Positions 15,899 to 25,360 of a stretch of 39,360 nt of DNA are shown piece after piece. The translations under genes were made by a program, and so were the position numbers. The notes beneath the pieces are model-generated. The model saw only the letters and a program-made list of their open reading frames with translations. It was not told the origin of the DNA and made no database searches. Within the stretch, counting starts at the first letter, position 1; every line of letters begins with the position of its first letter. Location: the NCBI GenBank assembly GCA_903831305.1, contig CAIKXE010000007.1, positions 1-39,360 of the forward strand, read 5' to 3'. The stretch comes from an uncultured bacterium (GTDB lineage: Bacteria; Patescibacteriota; Minisyncoccia; Phycocordibacterales; GWA1-40-21).

Positions 15899-16570
15899 AT
15901 GAAGCAGATACGAGAAATATACAAAAGAACCGGGAAGCTACACCACGCTTATGGTATTTTAGGTCAGCGGGAAATGGTGCGGGATGAGATTTTTTCCTTT
16001 TTAATTAAGGATTTGAAATTTCCAGTAACTAATAATCCTGATTTTTGGCAAGGGGAGTTTAATGTTTTTAAAATTGATAACAGTCGGGATCTAAATGAAT
16101 CACATCTAAAATTACCTATAAAATATGACAAGAAGGTTTTTGTCATCTCGGCTAATTTTATAACTAAGGGAGCGCAGAATTCTTTATTAAAAATCTTTGA
16201 GGAACCACGGGCGGATACCATTTTCTTTTTACTTCTACCAGCTGACGCTGAATTATTGCCGACCTTAAAATCTCGTTTGATTTTTGGTAGTTATGGGGTA
16301 GAGGAGAAAAAACAAGGAGCAGAGGAGTTTTTGAGTGCTAAAATAGGGAAGAGAATGGATCTAGTTGCTAAAATCTTGAAGGATATAAAGGATGAAAAGC
16401 TAACTAAGGCCGATGCTATAAGTTTCGTAAAAAATATTGAAGTTGTCTTAAGTCAAGAAAAGAAAAAAGATTTATCAGTAATAAAAGAATTAGAAAGAGC
16501 TATCAGTTATTTAAATGATGAGGCCCCTTCCATCAAAGTGATTTTGGAACATCTGGCAATCACTGTATGA
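15899..16570 (+). CDS. holB: DNA polymerase III delta-prime-like subunit (short form)
   Basis: LHHAY, NPDF, AQNSLLKIFEEP and LLPTLKSR motifs. Confidence 0.8.
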   Translation: MKQIREIYKRTGKLHHAYGILGQREMVRDEIFSFLIKDLKFPVTNNPDFWQGEFNVFKIDNSRDLNESHLKLPIKYDKKVFVISANFITKGAQNSLLKIFEEPRADTIFFLLLPADAELLPTLKSRLIFGSYGVEEKKQGAEEFLSAKIGKRMDLVAKILKDIKDEKLTKADAISFVKNIEVVLSQEKKKDLSVIKELERAISYLNDEAPSIKVILEHLAITV

Positions 16571-16616
16571 AATTTAGCGCTGGTCGTGCTATAATGGAAG
16601 TATCGTTTAATAGTAC

Positions 16617-16709
16617 GGAGAAGGTAAATATTTAATTTTAAAAGTCCTCGGGTCGGCCGGATGGGACGGCCTCAACCAGACATTTTAAAATCAAACATTT
16701 ACCTTCTCC
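16617..16709. other. Long imperfect hairpin upstream of frr
   Basis: ~30-bp stem GGAGAAGGTAAAT.../...ATTTACCTTCTCC closed by GTC...CAACCAGAC. Confidence 0.7.
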
Positions 16710-16724
16710 TAAAAGAGAAAAAAC

Positions 16725-17276
16725 ATGCAATACGATTTTACAAAACTTAAGAATAAAATAAAGGAAACTGAAGATTGGATCAAGAAAGAATACACCGGTA
16801 TCCGGACGGGTATGGCTTCCCCGCAGCTACTTGATGGTATTGTCGTGGAGAGTTATGGTCAGCGGATGCCCTTGAATCAAGTGGGTTCGGTTTCTATCTC
16901 AGATCCTAAATCTCTTTTGGTAACCCCATGGGATGCATCACAGGTAAAGGCTGTGGAGAAAGCTATCACGGTGGCCAACCTAGGCGTGTCACTGAAGACG
17001 GATGAAAAGAGCGTGCGGGTATTTTTCCCTGAGCTTACCTCTGAGCGCCGAGAGATGCTTATAAAGCTAGCTAAAGAAAAACTGGAGCATGGCAAGGTGA
17101 CCTTGCGAGCAGTCCGGGATGAAGTGGTCAAAGATATTGAGGCCAAGGAAAAAGAAGGTGGTATGGGGGAAGATGATAAGTTCCGTTTTAAGGCTGAGAT
17201 GCAAAAGCTGGTGGATGGTGGTAATGCCACTCTGGAAGGAATATTAGTAAAAAAAGAAAAGGAGATAACTGGATAG
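16725..17276 (+). CDS. frr: Ribosome recycling factor
   Basis: IRTGMASP, YGQRMPLNQ, PELTSERR and KKEKEI motifs. Confidence 0.96.
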   Translation: MQYDFTKLKNKIKETEDWIKKEYTGIRTGMASPQLLDGIVVESYGQRMPLNQVGSVSISDPKSLLVTPWDASQVKAVEKAITVANLGVSLKTDEKSVRVFFPELTSERREMLIKLAKEKLEHGKVTLRAVRDEVVKDIEAKEKEGGMGEDDKFRFKAEMQKLVDGGNATLEGILVKKEKEITG

Positions 17277-17301
17277 TTCCATTTACGAAAGAAACATTAT
17301 T

Positions 17302-18393
17302 ATGACCATAATTTTATTTTTAGTGGTATTAGCGGTTTTGATTTTTGTCCACGAACTGGGACATTTCTTGATTGCTAAAAAGTCAGGCATCCGAGTGGAT
17401 GAGTTTGCCATTGGTTTCCCACCGAAGATTTTTAGTTGGGTTCGGGGAGAAACAAAATATGTTTTAAATCTCATTCCGTTTGGTGGCTATGTCAAGATAT
17501 TTGGTGAGAACCCTGATGATGAATCTATGACCGGAACAGATAGCGCTAGAAGCTTTGTTAATGCTAAAAAATGGAAGCAAACGGCTGTCCTTTTGTCCGG
17601 TATTTCATTCAATGTCATATTTGCTTGGCTTCTGATTTCAATTTCTTTTATGTTTGGTTCTCTGGTGCCGGTGGGTGAACAGTCCGCACAATATTCTAAA
17701 TATATTATTGACCAAAGGGTGATTGTGACCCAAATTATGCCAGAATCACCAGCCGCCCTAGCCGGGCTTGTGACTGGTGATGGTATTATAAAAATCACGG
17801 CGGATAACATAAGCTTTGACCAGCCAAGCGTACAGAAGATACAGGAAGTTATTACTGGTGCTCATGGTTCAATAGTGTTGAATTATAAAAGGAGTGGTGT
17901 AGAAAAGTCAGAGGTGATCATTCCCAAGGAAATTGATGGAAAAAAGGTGATTGGTATCTATATGGAAAATGTGGGTTTGGTCAGGCTGAATCCCTTTCTC
18001 GCTTTGTGGGAAGGAGGAAAGCTGACAGCTGTTACTTTTAAGCAAGTGATTGTCGGATTGGTGACCTTTTTGGGACAGGCCGTGAGAGGCCAGGGTGATT
18101 TTACTCAGGTATCAGGCCCGGTCGGCATGGTGAATATGGTGGGGGATGCCGCCGCTTTTGGCCCAGCTTACTTTTTGGGTTTTGTGGCTTTTATTTCCTT
18201 AAACCTAGCTGTTATAAATCTTATGCCCTTTCCTGCGCTTGATGGTGGGCGAGTTTTGTTTGTATTAATTGAGGCTATTATCAGACGGCCAATCAAGCCT
18301 AAGATTGCCAATACCGTAAATGCTGTTGGTTTCTTTATCCTTATTTCACTAATGATTATCATCACTTATCGTGATATTATGAAGTTTTTCTAG
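17302..18393 (+). CDS. rseP: RIP metalloprotease RseP (M50, PDZ)
   Basis: HELGH, IPFGGYV, SGPVG and NLMPFPALDGG motifs. Confidence 0.95.
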   Translation: MTIILFLVVLAVLIFVHELGHFLIAKKSGIRVDEFAIGFPPKIFSWVRGETKYVLNLIPFGGYVKIFGENPDDESMTGTDSARSFVNAKKWKQTAVLLSGISFNVIFAWLLISISFMFGSLVPVGEQSAQYSKYIIDQRVIVTQIMPESPAALAGLVTGDGIIKITADNISFDQPSVQKIQEVITGAHGSIVLNYKRSGVEKSEVIIPKEIDGKKVIGIYMENVGLVRLNPFLALWEGGKLTAVTFKQVIVGLVTFLGQAVRGQGDFTQVSGPVGMVNMVGDAAAFGPAYFLGFVAFISLNLAVINLMPFPALDGGRVLFVLIEAIIRRPIKPKIANTVNAVGFFILISLMIIITYRDIMKFF

Positions 18394-18433
18394 CTAGTTT
18401 GCGGTTTGGCGCTAAATACGCTATTATACTTTT

Positions 18434-19690
18434 ATGTATCAATCAAAGCTTTTTAGCAAAACGCGTAAAGAGGCCCCAAAAGATGAGGTGAGTAAAAACG
18501 CCGAACTCTTAATCAAGGCTGGTTTTATTAACAAGGAAATGGCCGGGGTCTACTCCTATTTACCACTTGGTCTTCGAGTATTAAATAATATTAATAAAAT
18601 TATCCGTGAGGAGATGAACCGCTTAGGTAGCCAAGAAGTTTTTTTGACCTCTCTTCAAGAAAAGGAAAATTGGGAAAAGACTAATCGGTGGAGTGATGAA
18701 GTGGTGGACAATTGGTTTAAAACAAAATTAAAAAATGAGACTGAGTTGGGGTTGGCCTTTACGCACGAGGAAGCCTTGACGAGTCTGATGAAAAACCATG
18801 TTCGTTCTTATAAGGATTTACCTTTTAGTGCTTATCAGATTCAAACAAAGTTTAGAAACGAGGCGCGCGCTAAAAGTGGTATCATGCGTTGTCGAGAATT
18901 TCTGATGAAGGATATGTATTCTTTTTCTCGTGATGAAAAAGAGCATTTGGTCTTTTATGAAAAGGCCAAACAAGCATATGTTACTGTTTTTAAGCGGGTG
19001 GGCCTGGGTGAGAAGACACATTTGACTTTTGCTTCGGGTGGTAGTTTTTGCAAATATTCTCATGAATTTCAGACCGCTGCTGATACCGGTGAAGATCTTA
19101 TTTATTACAGCGCCAAAAATAAAATTGCTATAAATAAAGAGGTTTTAAATGCTGAAGTTTTAGGTGATTTAAAATTAGAACAAAAGGATCTACAGGAGCT
19201 GAAAGCCGTGGAGGTGGGTAATATTTTTACCTTAGGTATAAAATTTTCTGAGCCGTTGGGTTTGGTTTACCTTGATGAAGCTGGAGAAAAAAAACCGGTC
19301 TTTATGGGTTCATATGGTATTGGTCCCGGGCGTGTGATGGGGGCGGTGGTGGAGTCTTTAGCTGATGATAAGGGGATTGTTTGGCCCGTGGAGATTGCCC
19401 CTTTTAAAGTGCATTTGATTGAAATCGGAACTAGTGAGGATGTAAAGAAGGCCGCTCAGGATCTGTATAGTGAATTACAAAAGGCCGAGGTGGAGGTATT
19501 GTATGATGATCGGGATTTGCGCCCAGGTGAAAAATTTGCTGATTCAGATCTCCTGGGTATTCCCCTTAGAATAATTGTTAGTGAAAAGACTTTGATCAGC
19601 GGAGAATATGAGATCAAGGAAAGAGCCCTCGGTCAGGTCAATATGGTTAAAGAGATTGAGGTGGTTAATTTTGTTAAAAAATATAAATAA
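18434..19690 (+). CDS. proS: Proline--tRNA ligase (short form without editing insertion)
   Basis: GVYSYLPLG, THEE, QTKFRNEARAKSGIMRxREFLMKD, EVGNIF and MGSYGIG motifs plus an anticodon-binding domain. Confidence 0.95.
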   Translation: MYQSKLFSKTRKEAPKDEVSKNAELLIKAGFINKEMAGVYSYLPLGLRVLNNINKIIREEMNRLGSQEVFLTSLQEKENWEKTNRWSDEVVDNWFKTKLKNETELGLAFTHEEALTSLMKNHVRSYKDLPFSAYQIQTKFRNEARAKSGIMRCREFLMKDMYSFSRDEKEHLVFYEKAKQAYVTVFKRVGLGEKTHLTFASGGSFCKYSHEFQTAADTGEDLIYYSAKNKIAINKEVLNAEVLGDLKLEQKDLQELKAVEVGNIFTLGIKFSEPLGLVYLDEAGEKKPVFMGSYGIGPGRVMGAVVESLADDKGIVWPVEIAPFKVHLIEIGTSEDVKKAAQDLYSELQKAEVEVLYDDRDLRPGEKFADSDLLGIPLRIIVSEKTLISGEYEIKERALGQVNMVKEIEVVNFVKKYK

Positions 19691-19695
19691 ACTGT

Positions 19696-20793
19696 ATGAC
19701 TGGTCAGCCAAGAAATAATATGCCAAATTTTTTCCGTCGGATGAAAGAAAAAATGAACAGACGTTTTTCCAATGATATTGGAATTGATTTGGGGACGGCA
19801 AATACCTTAGTTTATCTTGCTGGTAAGGGGATAGTGGTAAACGAGCCTTCAGTGGTGGCTTTAAACCAGAAGACTGGTCAAGTCGTGGCGGTTGGCGCAC
19901 AAGCTAAAGCCATGCTTGGCCGGACACCACCGCACATTGTTGCTGTCCGTCCTTTGGTTGATGGAGTAATCTCAGATTTTGAGGTGACGGAGGAGATGAT
20001 TGCTTATCTGGTAAAAAAAGCCGAGGAACTTTCACCCAAGCCTTTTGGTCCTCGCGTTGTGGTAGGTGTGCCTTCTGGTGTAACTAATGTGGAGATTCGT
20101 GCTGTCCGTGATGCTACTAAAAATGCGGGGGCGAGAGAAGTATATATTGTGGAGGAGCCGATGGCCGGAGCGATCGGTATTCGTCTGCCTATTAAGAGTC
20201 CGGTGGGTAGCATGATAGTGGATATAGGTGGGGGAACATCAGATATCGCCGTTATTTCTCTTGGAGGTATTGTCAAATCTAAAAACCTCCGTATTGCTGG
20301 TGATAAATTGAATAATGACATTATTGCTTATTTACGTGGTGAATTTAAAATTTTGATCGGTGAAAAGACCGCGGAGGAGATTAAAATCAGTGTGGGTTCC
20401 GTGATGCCAGAGGAGGCTCGTGAGGTGAGCATTAAGGGGCGGGATTTGGTGACTGGTTTACCTAGAGAGGTGATTATTACTGATGGTGATGTCCGTGAGG
20501 CGATGGCCCAGTCCATTGCTAATTTGGTAGAGTCTGTAAAAGAGGTGTTGGAAACCACGCCACCAGAAGTGATTGCCGATGTGATGCAGCGCGGAATATA
20601 TCTAGTGGGAGGTGGAGCGTTGATTCGGGGCTTGGATGTCTTGTTAAATCAAGAACTAAAGATCCCCGTGTATATTGCTAGTGACCCCCTGACCGCCATT
20701 GCTAGAGGAACCGGAATTATTTTGGAAAACCTAGACGAGTATATTGAGGTTCTAATTGAAAATGAAGATGAATTACCCCCTAAAAAGCAGTAA
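19696..20793 (+). CDS. mreB: Rod shape-determining protein MreB (true start may be a downstream ATG)
   Basis: IGIDLGTANT, EPSVVA, DIGGGT and GGGAL motifs. Confidence 0.97.
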   Translation: MTGQPRNNMPNFFRRMKEKMNRRFSNDIGIDLGTANTLVYLAGKGIVVNEPSVVALNQKTGQVVAVGAQAKAMLGRTPPHIVAVRPLVDGVISDFEVTEEMIAYLVKKAEELSPKPFGPRVVVGVPSGVTNVEIRAVRDATKNAGAREVYIVEEPMAGAIGIRLPIKSPVGSMIVDIGGGTSDIAVISLGGIVKSKNLRIAGDKLNNDIIAYLRGEFKILIGEKTAEEIKISVGSVMPEEAREVSIKGRDLVTGLPREVIITDGDVREAMAQSIANLVESVKEVLETTPPEVIADVMQRGIYLVGGGALIRGLDVLLNQELKIPVYIASDPLTAIARGTGIILENLDEYIEVLIENEDELPPKKQ

Positions 20794-21559
20794 TTTTGCT
20801 GAACGAAAAAAGATGGCTCGCCAGAAAGTTTTTGTCATTTCCTTTATTTTTATATTAGCCTTAATCATAATGCTGACAAGGCCAGTCCGGCAAATATTTT
20901 TTGCAATTGTGGAACCAGTTTGGAAATTTGAAAATATTATTTTAAATTCTAGTTTCTTTGAGTATTTTAAATTCAAGCAGACCTTGATTGATGAGAGATT
21001 AGCGATGGAACAAAAACTTTTTTTAGCTGGTAACCTATTAGCCATAAATACTAATCTGCAAGCGGAGAACGAAAATCTGAAGGACCTGCTGGGACGAAAG
21101 GATGTTAAAGCTGAAACTGTTTTGGCGGCGGTCTTGGTCAAGCCACCGCAGACACCGTATGATATGCTGACAGTAGATATTGGTACTGATTACGGGGTAA
21201 AAGTCGGTGATAAAGTACTTGCCAGTGCTAATGTTTTCATGGGTGAAGTGACTGAAGTATTTCCTCATTCTTCCAAGGTAACCCTATATTCTACTCCTGG
21301 ACGCAAGATGGCTGTTGCTTTAGGTGAGAGTGCTATCAGTGTGGAAGCCGTAGGGATGGGAGCGGGGAATTTTAGTATTTTTATTCCACGTGAGGTGGAG
21401 GTCAAGGAGGGGGATGTGATTATTATTCCCTCTATTACGACCAATGTGTTTGGGATTGTGGAGAAGATAAACTATAAGGATAACGATTCCTCCCAAACCG
21501 TATTATTTAAAAGCCCAGTAAATATTTCTGAGCTTAGTTTTGTGGAAATCATCTTATGA
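20756..21559 (+). CDS. mreC: Rod shape-determining protein MreC (start uncertain)
   Basis: TM helix, coiled coil LQAENENLKDLL and beta-rich domain; follows mreB. Confidence 0.88.
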   Translation: MKMKMNYPLKSSNFAERKKMARQKVFVISFIFILALIIMLTRPVRQIFFAIVEPVWKFENIILNSSFFEYFKFKQTLIDERLAMEQKLFLAGNLLAINTNLQAENENLKDLLGRKDVKAETVLAAVLVKPPQTPYDMLTVDIGTDYGVKVGDKVLASANVFMGEVTEVFPHSSKVTLYSTPGRKMAVALGESAISVEAVGMGAGNFSIFIPREVEVKEGDVIIIPSITTNVFGIVEKINYKDNDSSQTVLFKSPVNISELSFVEIIL

Positions 21560-21819
21560 AAAGAGTAATTTTTAATGTTTTGCTTTTTTTATCCATTGTT
21601 GTGTGCCCGTGGTGGGTGAGTGTGGTCTTGGGTATATTTACTCTTTATTATTTTAAGTTTTTCAATGAGATTATCCTTTACGGTCTATTAATGGATATTT
21701 TGTATGGCAAATTATCAGTGGTTTTTAGCTTGTGGAACTACCGGTTCACCCTTTTCTTTGCAGTCCTTTTACTGTCATCTTTTTATCTCAAAAAAGGTCT
21801 GAAGTTTTATAGTAAATAG
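21556..21819 (+). CDS. Small membrane protein at the mreD position
   Basis: Hydrophobic 87 aa with a GLLMDILYG motif; ATGA-coupled to mreC. Confidence 0.6.
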   Translation: MKRVIFNVLLFLSIVVCPWWVSVVLGIFTLYYFKFFNEIILYGLLMDILYGKLSVVFSLWNYRFTLFFAVLLLSSFYLKKGLKFYSK

Positions 21820-21821
21820 CG

Positions 21822-21871
21822 AAATACCAAGGCTAGGCCTTGTGAATACCCAAGGCCTAGCCTTGGTATTT
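21822..21871. repeat. Perfect 21-bp inverted repeat of nested palindromes (REP-doublet-like, may also terminate transcription)
   Basis: AAATACCAAGGCTAGGCCTTG-8 nt-CAAGGCCTAGCCTTGGTATTT. Confidence 0.85.
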
Positions 21872-21952
21872 TCTGCTTGACTTTTGAACCATAGTATGCT
21901 ATACTTGTCAATGGATACGAAACCGTTGTTATTTCAGAGAAAGGGTTGAGCC

Positions 21953-22093
21953 ATGATGGACATTCTCACTCGTTGGAGTGACGGTGTGAGAGACACCGTG
22001 GATAGAATGGTGTGCCGATATCTGATGGCACGCGTGGTGGGGATTTTTATTCTCACCGGAATGTTTCTCCTCGGTTGCTGGTTGGGATGCTGA
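21953..22093 (+). CDS. 46-aa membrane peptide, not in the ORF track
   Basis: MMDILTRWSDGVRDTVDRMVCRYLMARVVGIFILTGMFLLGCWLGC. TTGACT-17-TATACT promoter (21877-21905), purine-rich SD and downstream AACCCCCG/CGGGGGTT hairpin. Confidence 0.55.
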   Translation: MMDILTRWSDGVRDTVDRMVCRYLMARVVGIFILTGMFLLGCWLGC

Positions 22094-22385
22094 GGCATCA
22101 CCAGACAACCCTCGTAACCCCCGTTTTGCACTTAGTGCAGATCGGGGGTTAGCTTTGACCATTTTTCTTCCCCTTTCTCCGCCTTTTCTAAGGAGGTGAG
22201 CTTGGGCAAGGGACCCAAGCGCAAGACCTTGAACGTTTTGTATTCAAAAGGTGAAAGGTGTACAGCTTCTGTAAGAAGGGGCGAGTCTGCGAGGGGAGGT
22301 GGTGCAAGGTTGCCTTTTCCTAAAACTAGTGTAATATAATTCACATCAAACCCCTGGTGTTAATCACCGGGACATTTAATGTTAT

Positions 22386-24986
22386 ATGAAGAAAACAAAA
22401 GTACAATTTGATAACGGTGATGAAAAGATCATTATCCGTGGTGCCCGAACTCACAACTTGAAAAATGTGAGTGTGGAAATGCCGCGGAATAAAATGATCG
22501 CTTTTACGGGGCTATCTGGTTCCGGTAAAAGCTCTTTAGCTTTTGATACTATTTTTGCCGAGGGACAGAGGCGTTATATTGAATCCCTGTCATCTTACGC
22601 CCGTCAGTTTTTACGTCAGATGCAGAAGCCGGATGTGGATGAGATCTTGGGTTTGTCTCCAGCTATTTCTATTGATCAGAAATCTCGTTCTAACAATCCC
22701 CGTTCCACCGTGGCCACCATCACGGAAATTTATGATTACCTGCGTATTTTGTATGCGCGCATCGGCCGGCCACACTGCTTGGTCTGTGATCGGGAAATTA
22801 AAAAACTGTCTAATGAAGAAATTTTGGAGACTATTATCAAGACAGTCACCTCTACTAATTTGGATAAAAGCACCAAGCTCGTTTTGGGTGTGCCCTATAC
22901 GGATACTAAGGTAAAAATATTTTCACCGGTGGTAGTGGGGCGGAAGGGTGAGTATTATCAGTTGCTTTATGATTTACTGAGCAAGGGTTATGAGTGGGTC
23001 AAGATAGATGGTGAGATGAAAAAGCTCCGTGACCAGATTATCTTGTCTAAGACGAAAAAGCATAATATTGATGTCTTGGTGGATGAGTTTTATGTCAGTG
23101 AATTTAAGGAGAAGGATAAAAAAGGACCGACCAAGGAGAGGTTAAGCGAGGCGATTGAAAAAGCGATCGATGAGAGTAAGGGCTTGCTTAAAATTGAGAC
23201 GGATGGCCAGGAGAAAATGATGTCCGTAAAATTTATGTGTCCTTATGACGGTTATTCTTATCCGGAGATTGAACCCAGACTTTTTTCTTTCAACTCACCT
23301 TATGGGGCGTGCCCAGAGTGTAACGGCCTAGGGACCAAACATTTTTTTGGGGAGGAGAGGTGTGATATCTGTAACGGCGCAAGGCTACGTGAGGAAGCTT
23401 TGCACGTATTACTAAACGGTAAAAGTATTGTGGCTCTGACGGCGTTATCCATCACGGATGCCAAAGTCTTTTTTGATAGTTTGAAATTGACGGAGTTAGA
23501 AAAAGAGATTTCCAATGTGATTGTTAAAGAGATTGATGATCGGCTGAAATTTATGATGGACGTGGGGATTGAATATTTGTCCTTGGACCGCCGAGCTCAT
23601 ACGCTCTCTGGTGGTGAAGCACAGCGAATACGGCTTGCGTCACAGCTTGGCTCAGGCTTGGTGGGGGCGCTATACGTGCTGGATGAACCTACTATCGGTC
23701 TCCATTCACGAGACAATGACCGCTTGATTAAAACCTTGATTGAACTGCGGGATTTGGGTAACACTATCATTGTGGTGGAACATGATGAAGATACTATTTA
23801 TTCTTCAGATTATTTGGTGGATATTGGTCCGGGGGCAGGGGTACACGGCGGAGAAATAATAGTCTCTGGTTATTTGGATAAGTTACTGACGGAAAAGACA
23901 AATTCTTCTGGTTCAGTCACTTTGGACTATTTGCGCGGTGATAAAAAGATAGAGATTCCTGAGAAAAGGCGAGATTCTGATAAAGGGGCTTTAAAAATCC
24001 GAGGAGGCAATATTTTCAATATTAAAAATCTAAACGTGGATGTGCCACTTGGTAAAATAGTCTGTGTGACTGGGGTGTCTGGCTCGGGTAAATCTTCCTT
24101 TGTCTATGAGATTATAAATAAAAATCTAGAAGCCCGCTTTACTAAGCGTCACCGTACCAATGAAGTTTATAATTGTAAAAGCTTTACCGGGACAGAATAT
24201 GTCAGCCGAGTTATTCTGATAGACCAGTCACCGATCGGCCGGACACCACGCTCTAACCCCGCTACTTATACTGGGGCTTGGACGCATATTCGGGATATGT
24301 TTGCTATGAGTGTGGAGGCCAAAGCACGCGGGTGGAAGTCTAACCGCTTTTCCTTTAACGTAAAAGGTGGACGTTGTGAAGCTTGTGAAGGAAACGGGAT
24401 GATAGAAGTGGAGATGCATTTCTTGCCGACAGTTTATGTCCCCTGTGATGTCTGTAATGGTAAGCGTTTTACCAAAGAGACTTTGGAGGTAAAATATCAG
24501 AAGAAAAACATTCATGAAGTACTGGAGATGACGGTGGAAGAGGCCCTGAAATTTTTTGAAAATTTGCCGGCCATTTATGACCGGCTCAAAGCCTTACACG
24601 ATGTGGGTTTGGGTTACTTAAAGTTGGGTCAGAGCGCTACTACTCTGTCTGGTGGAGAAGCGCAACGGGTGAAGATTGCTTCTGAACTTTATAAACCGCA
24701 CTTACAAAAAACTGTTTATCTTTTAGACGAGCCGACTATTGGTCTGCATTATGAAGACGTGAAAAAGTTGATTGAAATCATGGAGAGACTGGTGGACTCT
24801 GGTAATACGGTTATCATCATTGAGCATAATATGGATATTATTAAAAGTGCGGATTATGTGATAGATATTGGTACTGAGGGCGGGGATAAAGGCGGGGAAG
24901 TGGTGGCCAAGGGAACGCCGGAGGACATTGCTAATAATATAAAAAGTTATACGGGCAAATATTTGAAGAGACATCTAAATAGGTAG
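22386..24986 (+). CDS. uvrA: Excinuclease ABC subunit A (compact)
   Basis: GLSGSGKSSLAFDTIFAEGQRRY, two ABC modules with LSGGEAQR, and Zn-finger motifs. Confidence 0.98.
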   Translation: MKKTKVQFDNGDEKIIIRGARTHNLKNVSVEMPRNKMIAFTGLSGSGKSSLAFDTIFAEGQRRYIESLSSYARQFLRQMQKPDVDEILGLSPAISIDQKSRSNNPRSTVATITEIYDYLRILYARIGRPHCLVCDREIKKLSNEEILETIIKTVTSTNLDKSTKLVLGVPYTDTKVKIFSPVVVGRKGEYYQLLYDLLSKGYEWVKIDGEMKKLRDQIILSKTKKHNIDVLVDEFYVSEFKEKDKKGPTKERLSEAIEKAIDESKGLLKIETDGQEKMMSVKFMCPYDGYSYPEIEPRLFSFNSPYGACPECNGLGTKHFFGEERCDICNGARLREEALHVLLNGKSIVALTALSITDAKVFFDSLKLTELEKEISNVIVKEIDDRLKFMMDVGIEYLSLDRRAHTLSGGEAQRIRLASQLGSGLVGALYVLDEPTIGLHSRDNDRLIKTLIELRDLGNTIIVVEHDEDTIYSSDYLVDIGPGAGVHGGEIIVSGYLDKLLTEKTNSSGSVTLDYLRGDKKIEIPEKRRDSDKGALKIRGGNIFNIKNLNVDVPLGKIVCVTGVSGSGKSSFVYEIINKNLEARFTKRHRTNEVYNCKSFTGTEYVSRVILIDQSPIGRTPRSNPATYTGAWTHIRDMFAMSVEAKARGWKSNRFSFNVKGGRCEACEGNGMIEVEMHFLPTVYVPCDVCNGKRFTKETLEVKYQKKNIHEVLEMTVEEALKFFENLPAIYDRLKALHDVGLGYLKLGQSATTLSGGEAQRVKIASELYKPHLQKTVYLLDEPTIGLHYEDVKKLIEIMERLVDSGNTVIIIEHNMDIIKSADYVIDIGTEGGDKGGEVVAKGTPEDIANNIKSYTGKYLKRHLNR

Positions 24987-24994
24987 AAACAATT

Positions 24995-25019
24995 CGCCGC
25001 CCATGTCCAATGGGCGGCG
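24995..25019. terminator. GC-rich hairpin between convergent genes
   Basis: CGCCGCCCAT/ATGGGCGGCG 10-bp stem. Confidence 0.6.
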
Positions 25020-25041
25020 TGAGATTGTGGTGTGGTCTGAC

Positions 25042-25290
25042 CTAGTGCCAGGAGAGGTAGGCGAAGGCGGAGAAACAGAAGACCATCATGAGTCGGAACA
25101 GATATGGGCCAAGAAAGGCCCACCAGCTCTTGATCTTTCTCTGGCCTTCGGTCATGCTTGTGCCAAACGAGGTGATCACTTGCTCCATATCGCTTGCGGC
25201 TTCGTTGATGTCATTTCGGGCAAGCTTTGCCATGTCGCACAGAAGCCAAACGGCCAGTGACCCAAAGACCAACGACATTACATAACCCAT
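25042..25290 (-). CDS. Small orphan membrane protein (82 aa, two hydrophobic segments)
   Basis: AGAAGGA SD; TTGACT-17-TACTAT promoter (25375-25347). Confidence 0.55.
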   Translation of the reverse strand: MGYVMSLVFGSLAVWLLCDMAKLARNDINEAASDMEQVITSFGTSMTEGQRKIKSWWAFLGPYLFRLMMVFCFSAFAYLSWH

Positions 25291-25360
25291 GTGCGTTTTC
25301 CTTCTCTCTACCTAATTCATCTTTGACTAGAACAAATTCTTCTTGTATAGTAACCAGACA

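Noticed and set aside
16650..16672. SRP (4.5S) RNA, because GGTCGGCCGGATGGGACGGCC loosely resembles the SRP domain IV loop
   Set aside because: It lacks the conserved CAGG/AGCA internal loop and GNRA tetraloop, and the stem architecture is shared with the rpoB leader. Not supportable without an Infernal search.
21929..22344. Minus-strand ORFs of 65-77 aa from the ORF track
   Set aside because: No expression signals. The + strand 46-aa ORF and structured elements explain the region better.
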